A DNA stretch of 64,000 nucleotides, from assembly GCF_024298765.1 (NCBI RefSeq), contig NZ_CP101210.1. One strand, given 5' to 3'. Shown here in pieces: positions 31,728 to 38,852 of the stretch. The notes below the pieces were generated by a model. It searched no databases. It was not told where the DNA came from and saw only the letters and a program-made list of their open reading frames with translations. Every line of letters begins with the position of its first letter. The first letter of the stretch is position 1. The position numbers and the translations under genes were made by a program. This DNA is from Escherichia coli (GTDB lineage Bacteria > Pseudomonadota > Gammaproteobacteria > Enterobacterales > Enterobacteriaceae).

Positions 31728-32129
31728 GTGGCAAAAGTTTTTACACAAGAAGAGCGGGAAAAAATTAAAGGGCAGGTTGTTGAACTCGTACGCCGGAGTG
31801 GGCGTGAGACGTTACGGCAACTGGAAGTCAAGACAGGTGCGACAAGATATCTGATGAGCGTTCTCGCAAGAGAGCTGGTTGCCAGCGGCGATGTATACAA
31901 CTCTGGTTACGGGTTATTCCCGTCTGAACAGGCGCGTAAGGACTGGCAAAATGCCCGTAAAAAGCTCTCAAGGGCAAAGCTGAAGAAACCATCTGCGGTT
32001 GATCCGGACCTTATCTGGTCATTACCTGACGGAGAAATACGTCGCTACGACAGGCGTCAGAACATAATCTGCCGCGAGTGCCGGAAGAGTGAAGTTATGC
32101 AGCGCATACTGGCATTTTATCAGGGATAA
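31728..32129 (+). CDS. hypothetical 133-aa protein in the position where a P/helicase-loader gene is expected
   Basis: GTG 31728 follows AAGGGGGA. Possible N-terminal wHTH-like segment, basic centre, C-terminal ICRECRK. No resemblance to lambda P as recalled. Confidence 0.6.
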   Translation: MAKVFTQEEREKIKGQVVELVRRSGRETLRQLEVKTGATRYLMSVLARELVASGDVYNSGYGLFPSEQARKDWQNARKKLSRAKLKKPSAVDPDLIWSLPDGEIRRYDRRQNIICRECRKSEVMQRILAFYQG

Positions 32130-32190
32130 TGTTAGATATTTTAGACGTTACTAGATTAAAAAGCATTAGTTCAGGAGTGAATTGACATTC

Positions 32191-32433
32191 TCATTTTTCA
32201 TGGCACAGGGTAGATCTGGCGTGGTTGTCCGCTTTGTGCCAACAGCGGACGTTACTAACGAAACTGTGAGTTAAAAACGGGAGCTGGTCACCTCCATCCC
32301 GCGAAATGGAATTCAAAAATGCCCTCATGTACGGTACTTCTAGTCTGATGTGAGCATTTTCGTGGATTTTTTCGAGCCACTCCAACGAATGATTACATTC
32401 AGTTTCGGGCACTAAAACGTCATAAATCCGCAA
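32191..32433 (-). other. doubtful 80-codon ORF, probable gene remnant
   Basis: Only a TTG start right after an in-frame stop, with no RBS. No ORF continues upstream in any frame. Confidence 0.25.
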
Positions 32434-32662
32434 GTTGAGGAGTAGCGATCAGCCAATTGGTTAAAAAACAGCTTTAATTCCCTTTTTCAAGCAGGCTCCT
32501 TGTCGCACGTCTGGTGCATCCAATTCATTTCAGTTACCCTGATGCCATACTGGCACGGACTAGCTCTCTTAATTGGCGCTGGTTTGTTAACCTTGTCCGC
32601 TGTCGGGTCTTTGTAAGTTGTAATTCCTAAACTAGCATAATTTTATTATAAGGCCTCTTACT

Positions 32663-33688
32663 ATGCACATTTTATCTGTTTCAAAAAAGGAAGTTGGAAG
32701 AGCTGGGGATAGATTAGTTTCTCAGTTTGGTACAGGTGAAAAATATAAAGAGGAAGATGTACAAATTCTTCATGAGTGGAGGATGTTGCATTTATATCCT
32801 TTAAGTAAAATACAATTTTATATGGAAAGAGAGGCTATTTCCTTAAACAAAAATGCGTTACTATCCTCTAGAATTAAGAGGATGCCTTCCATTGTTACTA
32901 AGCTTTCTAGATTTCCTGATATGAAGTTAAATAAGATGCAGGATCTTGGTGGGTGCCGGGCTATTTTAAATAATCTGGATCAAGTGTATGATTTAGTTAA
33001 TAAAATAAAATCATCTAAATTCTCACATGAACTAGTTAGAATGGATGATTACATGATAGACGTGAAAGATTCTGGTTATAGAAGCTTTCATATGGTCTAT
33101 TCATTCCAAAATAAAAAATTTCCATCTTTAAATGGGTTGCGCATTGAAATGCAAATAAGAACAGCTATTCAACATAGCTGGGCTACAGCAGTTGAAATGG
33201 TTGGTTTGTTTCGAAAGGAATCATTGAAATCTGGTTTTGGTGATGCAAGATGGCTTAGGTTTTTTGAATTGGTATCAGAGCTTTTTTATAAACTTGAGTA
33301 TGAAAAAGAACCATCTGGGAGTTATATAAAAATATCAGAAGAATTAAGTTATTTATCCGTCGAGTTGAATGTTTTCGATATATTAGCTGCTTACAATGCC
33401 GTAGTTAGCCATATTGAGGGTAGCAAAAAATATGATAAAGGACTTTGCATAATTGTTGTTGATACCATAAAGCGGAATATAAATATAAAGAGCTTCGAAA
33501 ATCACAATCATGCGAAGGCGGCAGAAGCTTATGTCGAGTCTGAAAAATACTGCGCGGAAAATAAAGGCTGTGAAGTGGCTATGGTTTCTGTTAGTTCAAT
33601 TAGTGAATTAAAAAATGCATATCCTGCTTACTTTTTAGATACGAAAACTTTTTTAAATTATCTCAGTAGGTATGTTTTTATAAAATAA
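32663..33688 (+). CDS. RelA/SpoT-like small alarmone synthetase protein with C-terminal extension; candidate fused toxSAS (CapRel-type) toxin-antitoxin / anti-phage defence
   Basis: RSH synthetase blocks in canonical order: R70-IKRMPSIVTK80, D94-LGGCR99, G138-YRSFH143, E162-MQIRTAIQHSWA174. No HD hydrolase, TGS or ACT domains. About 140 aa of C-terminal extension with Y320-PA-Y323 near the end. Strongly AT-rich relative to its flanks. Confidence 0.8.
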   Translation: MHILSVSKKEVGRAGDRLVSQFGTGEKYKEEDVQILHEWRMLHLYPLSKIQFYMEREAISLNKNALLSSRIKRMPSIVTKLSRFPDMKLNKMQDLGGCRAILNNLDQVYDLVNKIKSSKFSHELVRMDDYMIDVKDSGYRSFHMVYSFQNKKFPSLNGLRIEMQIRTAIQHSWATAVEMVGLFRKESLKSGFGDARWLRFFELVSELFYKLEYEKEPSGSYIKISEELSYLSVELNVFDILAAYNAVVSHIEGSKKYDKGLCIIVVDTIKRNINIKSFENHNHAKAAEAYVESEKYCAENKGCEVAMVSVSSISELKNAYPAYFLDTKTFLNYLSRYVFIK

Positions 33689-34121
33689 AAAATGTTATCT
33701 GGAGTGGTCTGAATTCTACTAACTTAGTTTTTTCAGACCGCTTCTGACCACAATGGCCTGTGAGGTTCTGCTGCTAGTCAACATAAAATAACAAAGCCGG
33801 CAGGTGGTGGTTGTTGTAAAGTTATTCAATGACATTCATGGAGGCTTAAGCGAATTATTTGTCCCTGGTCGGTATGGTGGCAACAGCTTGTTGCGAGAAT
33901 TTGGCTAATTTGGACTGACTTCCGCTCCTTGCTCAAAGCGGACTAGAAGGTTAGCTTGTGTCGGACTTTGCGTATTAAAAGAAGTGCTGGTGGTGACTAG
34001 TGGTTGAGCCCCATTTCCACAGAAAAAATCAGAGAAACTATACCCAATAGTTGTATTGAATCACTGACGAGACAGCCTCATATTCATCAGGACTGGTGTA
34101 CGTCCAATACAGGAGGTTGTG

Positions 34122-34211
34122 GTGCTGGTTCTCAAATGTGCGCTGGCTATTACGGCTGTAATGGCGATTTATTGTCTTGCTATTGTTCTTATGGATCGCC
34201 TTTCTGACTGA
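34122..34211 (+). CDS. candidate 29-aa hydrophobic peptide (type-I-toxin-like)
   Basis: AGGAGG (34111-16), 5 nt, GTG 34122 gives M-LVLKCALAITAVMAIYCLAIVLMDRLSD. The SD can pair with ACAGCCTC (34072-79). Overlaps the Cys/Gly-rich track ORF in another frame. Confidence 0.4.
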   Translation: MLVLKCALAITAVMAIYCLAIVLMDRLSD

Positions 34212-34422
34212 TTTCATATTGGCGAGGTAAAGGTAGTTAAGTAGAATGGCTGCGGGTGCTTGAGGCTATCTGCCTCGGGCATGAACACCAAAGGCAGATA
34301 GAGAAAAGCCCCAGTTAACATTACGCGTCCTGCAAGACGCTTAACATTAATCTGAGGCCAATTTCATGCTAGACACATGTAGGTTAGCCTCTTACGTGCC
34401 GGAAGGCAAGGAGAAGCAGGCT

Positions 34423-34578
34423 ATGAAGCAGCAAAAGGCGATGTTAATCGCCCTGATCGTCATCTGTTTAACCGTCATAGTGACGGCACTGGTAACGAGG
34501 AAAGACCTCTGCGAGGTACGAATCCGAACCGGCCAGACGGAGGTCGCTGTCTTCACAGCTTACGAACCTGAGGAGTAA
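34423..34578 (+). CDS. hokD: Hok-family membrane toxin (RelF)
   Basis: MKQQKAMLIALIVICLTVIVTALVTRKDLCEVRIRTGQTEVAVFTAYEPEE (51 aa) with RBS AAGGAG. The track ORF start at 34366 is an in-frame upstream extension. Confidence 0.9.
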   Translation: MKQQKAMLIALIVICLTVIVTALVTRKDLCEVRIRTGQTEVAVFTAYEPEE

Positions 34579-34646
34579 GAGACCCGGCGAGGGAGAAATC
34601 CCTCGCCACCTCTGATGTGGCAGGCATCCTCAACGCACCCGCACTT

Positions 34647-34675
34647 AACCCGCTTCGGCGGGTTTTTGTTTTTAT
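34647..34675 (+). terminator. rho-independent terminator after hokD
   Basis: AACCCGC-TTCG-GCGGGTT followed by TTTGTTTTT. Confidence 0.75.
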
Positions 34676-34794
34676 TTTCAACGCGTTTGAAGTTCTGGAC
34701 GGTGCCGGAATAGAATCAAAAATACTTAAGTAGCGCGCAGGGATAAGAGGGATGGTCCCTTAAAGGGGAGAGCTAATTATCCGGAAGGATTCTG

Positions 34795-35046
34795 ATGATG
34801 AACATCGAAGAACTGCGTAAAATTTTTTGTGAAGATGGCCTCTATGCTGTGTGCGTTGAAAATGGAAATCTTGTTAGTCATTACCGCATTATGTGTTTGC
34901 GAAAGAATGGGGCTGCGTTAATTAATTTTGTGGATGGTCGAGTGACAGACGGATTTATCTTGCGCGAAGGTGAGTTTGTCACTTCATTACAGGCACTGAA
35001 AGAGATCGGAATAAAAGCAGGCTTTTCAGCTTTTGCAGAAGAATAA
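34795..35046 (+). CDS. rem: Qin Rem protein
   Basis: 83 aa, MMNIEELRKIFCEDGLYAVCVENGNLVSHYRIMCLRKNGAALINF..., matches K-12 Rem as recalled. Confidence 0.85.
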   Translation: MMNIEELRKIFCEDGLYAVCVENGNLVSHYRIMCLRKNGAALINFVDGRVTDGFILREGEFVTSLQALKEIGIKAGFSAFAEE

Positions 35047-35112
35047 ACTCATCTACAATCTTGCGCGGGGCTGAACTCCCGCTGAGTAACACCGTGCCAC
35101 CGGAGAAAACCG

Positions 35113-35391
35113 ATGGCACGCAACGTAAAATATTACAATTCTGATAATTCGCCCGTTCTTGCCTGCACGCACGGGCGGTATTCTCACGCATTCAAGTCTG
35201 AATGGTTCCAGCACCCTCCATGCACTGCAGAACAGGCCGAATGGCTGATTCATTCTTACTGCAGGCGCGGGTTCGAGGTTAAGAAAGCTCTCAGTCTCGA
35301 CTATCGGCACTGGATAATCTCTGTCAGGCTGCCTTATTCCGAACGCCCACCACGTGCGTCCCGCACTTTCCAGCAACGGATCTGGAGGTAA
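35113..35391 (+). CDS. hypothetical 92-aa protein translationally coupled to ydfU
   Basis: ATG 35113, 7 nt after GGAG. Its stop TAA (35389-91) lies inside the ydfU RBS region. Confidence 0.55.
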   Translation: MARNVKYYNSDNSPVLACTHGRYSHAFKSEWFQHPPCTAEQAEWLIHSYCRRGFEVKKALSLDYRHWIISVRLPYSERPPRASRTFQQRIWR

Positions 35392-35392
35392 C

Positions 35393-36442
35393 GTGCGGGT
35401 ATTACTTAGACCTGTTCTGGTGCCTGAGCTTGGGCTGGTGGTCCTTAAGCCGGGCCGTGAATCCATACAGATATTTCATAATCCTCGAGTGCTGGTGGAA
35501 CCGGAACCAAAAAGCATGCGTAATCTGCCATCCGGAGTCGTTCCTGCCGTTCGCCAGCCGCTGGCGGAAGACAAAACATTGCTGCCGTTTTTTAGTAACG
35601 AACGGGTGATTCGTGCTGCTGGCGGCGTTGGCGCATTGTCTGACTGGCTATTACGTCATATTACATCCTGCCAGTGGCCTAATGGCGATTACCATCACAC
35701 TGAAACAGTCATTCACCGTTATGGTACCGGCGCAATGGTGTTGTGCTGGCACTGCGACAACCAACTGCGTGACCAGACATCGGAATCACTGGAGCTGCTT
35801 GCTCAACAAAATCTGACAGCATGGGTGATTGACGTCATCCGTCACGCAATAAGCGGTACGCAGGAGCGGGAATTATCTTTGGCTGAATTATCCTGGTGGG
35901 CGGTCTGCAATCAGGTGGTGGATGCACTACCTGAGGCTGTATCGCGTCGTTCGCTGGGATTACCAGCGGAAAAAATCTGCTCGGTGTACCGCGAAAGCGA
36001 CATCGTACCGGGAGAGCAGACCGCCACCAGCATATTGAAACAACGCACAAAAAATCTTGCACCGTTGCCTTACGCCCACCAGCAACAAAAACCACCACAG
36101 GAAAAGACGGTGGTAAGCATCAACGTTGATCCAGAGTCTCCGGAATCTTTCATGAAGCTGCCTAAACGTCGCCGCTGGGTTAAGGAGAAATACACTCGTT
36201 GGGTTAAGACACAGCCGTGTGCTTGCTGCGGTATGCCAGCCGACGATCCGCATCATCTGATTGGTCACGGGCAGGGCGGAATGGGAACAAAAGCACATGA
36301 TCTCTTTGTGTTGCCTTTGTGCAGAAAGCATCACAACGAGCTGCATACGGATACAGTGGCATTTGAAGAGAAGTATGGCTCCCAACTGGAGCTGATATTT
36401 CGTTTTATCGATCGCGCGCTGGCAACTGGCGTACTGGCGTAA
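35393..36442 (+). CDS. ydfU: DUF968 protein with C-terminal HNH-like Cys/His motif
   Basis: GTG 35393 follows GGAGG, giving (M)RVLLRPVLVPELGLVVLKPGRE..., 349 aa. C-terminal CACCG...DPHHL...CRKHHNELH. Confidence 0.85.
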   Translation: MRVLLRPVLVPELGLVVLKPGRESIQIFHNPRVLVEPEPKSMRNLPSGVVPAVRQPLAEDKTLLPFFSNERVIRAAGGVGALSDWLLRHITSCQWPNGDYHHTETVIHRYGTGAMVLCWHCDNQLRDQTSESLELLAQQNLTAWVIDVIRHAISGTQERELSLAELSWWAVCNQVVDALPEAVSRRSLGLPAEKICSVYRESDIVPGEQTATSILKQRTKNLAPLPYAHQQQKPPQEKTVVSINVDPESPESFMKLPKRRRWVKEKYTRWVKTQPCACCGMPADDPHHLIGHGQGGMGTKAHDLFVLPLCRKHHNELHTDTVAFEEKYGSQLELIFRFIDRALATGVLA

Positions 36443-36455
36443 GTGGAGAACGAGC

Positions 36456-37208
36456 ATGAACCTTGAAGCCTTACCAAAATATTACTCCCCAAAATCTCCA
36501 AAATTGAGCGATGACGCTCCAGCGACAGGCACCGGTTGTTTAACAATTACGGATGTAATGGCAGCGCAGGGGATGGTGCAGTCGAAAGCACCACTTGGGT
36601 TGGCCTTATTTCTGGCAAAAGTTGGTGTTCAGGACCCTCAGTTTGCGATTGAAGGCCTGCTAAATTACGCGATGGCACTGGATAACCCGACATTGAACAA
36701 ATTGAGTGAAGAAATCCGGTTACAGATTATTCCTTACCTCGTGAATTTTGCCTTTGCTGATTACTCCAGGTCTGCGGCAAGTAAGGCTCGCTGTGAGCAT
36801 TGTTCAGGTACGGGATTTTATAATGTATTGCGCGAAGTGGTGAAACACTACAGACGCGGGGAATCTGTAATCAAGGAAGAATGGGTGAAGGAACTATGTC
36901 AGCATTGCCATGGTAAGGGCGAAGTCAGCACAGCGTGCAGAGGGTGTAAGGGTAAAGGGATTGTTCTGGATGAAAAAAGAACCCGGTTTCATGGCGTACC
37001 GGTATATAAGATTTGTGGGCGTTGTAATGGAAACCGATTTAGTCGTTTACCGACCACGCTGGCACGACGTCATGTCCAGAAGCTGGTACCAGACCTGACC
37101 GATTATCAGTGGTATAAGGGGTATGCGGACGTCATTGATAAACTGGTAACAAAGTGCTGGCAGGAAGAAGCATACGCGGAAGCGCAATTGAGGAAGGTGA
37201 CGAGATAA
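36456..37208 (+). CDS. quuQ: late-gene antiterminator Q
   Basis: 250 aa. Four DnaJ-type zinc knuckles ([31 protein letters not shown]). Followed by a PR'-like promoter and terminator. Confidence 0.88.
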   Translation: MNLEALPKYYSPKSPKLSDDAPATGTGCLTITDVMAAQGMVQSKAPLGLALFLAKVGVQDPQFAIEGLLNYAMALDNPTLNKLSEEIRLQIIPYLVNFAFADYSRSAASKARCEHCSGTGFYNVLREVVKHYRRGESVIKEEWVKELCQHCHGKGEVSTACRGCKGKGIVLDEKRTRFHGVPVYKICGRCNGNRFSRLPTTLARRHVQKLVPDLTDYQWYKGYADVIDKLVTKCWQEEAYAEAQLRKVTR

Positions 37209-37239
37209 ATGATTTTTGCTGAAGATGGCGACATGATGT

Positions 37240-37268
37240 TTGCATTTTTCAAAAAACATGGATAAGAT
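37240..37268 (+). promoter_or_regulatory. candidate late promoter PR'
   Basis: TTGCAT (37240-45), 17 nt, TAAGAT (37263-68), located 32 nt after the Q stop. Confidence 0.55.
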
Positions 37269-37314
37269 TCTCTCAACGATGGGCTTTGTGTATCCGACGT
37301 TTAGAAAAAAGTAG

Positions 37315-37339
37315 AAAACCCGCTTATAAGCGGGTTTTT
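37315..37339. terminator. tR'-like rho-independent terminator (symmetrical A-run/T-run)
   Basis: AAAACCCGC-TTATAA-GCGGGTTTTT, about 45-65 nt downstream of the putative PR' start. Confidence 0.75.
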
Positions 37340-37374
37340 GTGCTTTAAATGGGGCAATAGAGATATTGAATCTC

Positions 37375-37585
37375 ATCCCGGGATAAACATTGGCAGTTGA
37401 AGGTCCACGCGAACCATTTATCCGGCAAAATTCCACGCGTAATCCTGTGGTAATTTCTTCTGCATCTCGAAGATTGAGAGCTGAAACGTGAAGCTGGGCA
37501 TCGATACGCCATCGGATGGGAATATAAGACCTTTGCTGCTTTTGTAGTCAAAGTTTTTGACAATTCCTGTCATTTTAGGGGACAG
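37375..37585 (-). pseudogene. cspF: decayed cspF-like cold-shock gene
   Basis: AAGGAG RBS is followed by CTG where the ATG is expected (37585). [22 protein letters not shown] is followed by a 1-nt deficit near 37508. The remainder ([42 protein letters not shown]) is in another frame, and the stop is lost. Confidence 0.7.
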
Positions 37586-37883
37586 AAAAACTCCTTAATA
37601 CTGATAACCTGGTGCACCATACACACGTTCCTGGAGAAAACTACTTTTTTGATAGGGTTGAAGGTGGCTGGATGTCTAAAATAAACATTGCTTCATATGT
37701 TCAACTATGAGTTAATGACTGCGTCGGTTTGAAGAACAGACGATATACGAAGTAGTTTACTAAAGCAGTTCTCATTTCAGGTGTTATTCACTTATTCCTT
37801 CTTTGAGTCTCTCCAATTAAGTACGAAGTCGTTTCTGTTATGCAAACCATTTATGCCGAAAGGCTCAAGTTAAGGAATGTAGA

Positions 37884-38099
37884 ATGTCAAATAAAATGAC
37901 TGGTTTAGTAAAATGGTTTAACGCTGATAAAGGTTTCGGCTTTATTTCTCCTGTTGATGGTAGTAAAGATGTGTTTGTGCATTTTTCTGCGATTCAGAAT
38001 GATAATTATCGAACCTTATTTGAAGGTCAAAAGGTTACCTTCTCTATAGAGAGTGGTGCTAAAGGTCCTGCAGCAGTAAATGTCATCATTACTGATTAA
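37884..38099 (+). CDS. cspB: cold shock protein CspB
   Basis: 71 aa, [38 protein letters not shown] (RNP1/RNP2 motifs). Long AT-rich 5' leader. Confidence 0.92.
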   Translation: MSNKMTGLVKWFNADKGFGFISPVDGSKDVFVHFSAIQNDNYRTLFEGQKVTFSIESGAKGPAAVNVIITD

Positions 38100-38462
38100 A
38101 ATTCATCGCTCGTCTGTATACGATAACGAAGAAGGCTGATGCCTGAGTAGAGATACGGACAGAGTAGTGAATATTGGATCTCTTTAATAAAAAGTAAGGA
38201 GGTCCAATACATGAAACAATGGCCAGCATATTTGGCAAAATCTTAATCAGGAAAAGTATGCTAACCATTGTGGTGAAGTGCAGGTTTGCTGCATGAATAG
38301 TTTTACAGCAGAAGCTAACTGCTGGCATGGCAAAACAAAGTGCGTAAGTGGATGACTCCCACAAAAAGCACCACAATCTCAAACCCGCTCAGGCGGGTTT
38401 TTTATTATCTGCTTTAAATATATTATTAAAATATAAAAAATACTTGTTACTAATAAAATCAA

Positions 38463-38633
38463 TCAGGCTACAGCTTTAAGATTTGTCTGGAATACTTTGT
38501 TGCAATGAGGGCAGATCAAAAGGGCACCTTTTTGTACTCTTGAAAAACTGTGTTCTGACTCTTGGGTGCAGTTTGGGCAGGAACATTTAACGAGATAATT
38601 ACGGCGTGATTTTGAGTCTTTACGTTCTGACAT
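38463..38633 (-). CDS. 56-aa zinc-ribbon small protein
   Basis: Met18 of the track ORF: MSERKDSKSRRNYLVKCSCPNCTQESEHSFSRVQKGALLICPHCNKVFQTNLKAVA, with two CxxC pairs and an AGGAAAAG RBS. Confidence 0.6.
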   Translation of the reverse strand: MSERKDSKSRRNYLVKCSCPNCTQESEHSFSRVQKGALLICPHCNKVFQTNLKAVA

Positions 38634-38852
38634 AGGCTTTTCCTGTATAAATGGCCGTATACAGTACACTAAATATGAAAACATTTCTCGTATTATTATT
38701 TTATATATGACTTTCTTTCAAAATAATTACTCACATTTTTAATGTGTATGTTTCTTTAGCGCCGTTGAGAACAACGTGTGCTGTCAAAACTACCCCGTAG
38801 ACTCCGATCTTTTCAAACATATTGCACCATCCGTGTACATCGGGGTGAGGAT

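Noticed and set aside
32141-32154. TTAGACGTTACTAG, resembling the TTAG-N6-CTAA DicA-type operators, right after the 133-aa gene
   Set aside because: One mismatch in the right half-site, and no promoter context identified. Likely coincidental.
32542-32616. 24-codon hydrophobic ORF (MPYWHGLALLIGAGLLTLSAVGSL) just upstream of the toxSAS gene
   Set aside because: No Shine-Dalgarno and no other support. Could be chance in a remnant region, so it is not called as an antitoxin.
34004-34207. 67-aa Cys/Gly-rich ORF (…TSNTGGCGAGSQMCAGYYGCNGDLLSCYCSYGSPF) resembling a RiPP or microcin precursor
   Set aside because: Only a TTG start directly after an in-frame stop, no RBS, and no modification or export genes nearby. 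The overlapping hydrophobic frame has a perfect AGGAGG RBS. Kept only as an alternative under the mini-ORF finding.
35053-35466. 137-aa minus-strand ORF
   Set aside because: Antisense to the coupled 92-aa ORF and the ydfU start, both of which have proper RBSs.
35960-36457. 165-aa minus-strand ORF
   Set aside because: Antisense to ydfU.
37047-37436. 129-aa minus-strand ORF beginning [18 protein letters not shown]
   Set aside because: It is the C-terminal cspF fragment reading on through the tR' terminator and antisense to the Q 3' end after loss of the stop. Annotated instead as part of the cspF pseudogene.
38089-38382. 97-aa minus-strand ORF after cspB
   Set aside because: No RBS, antisense to the late-operon direction, odd composition.
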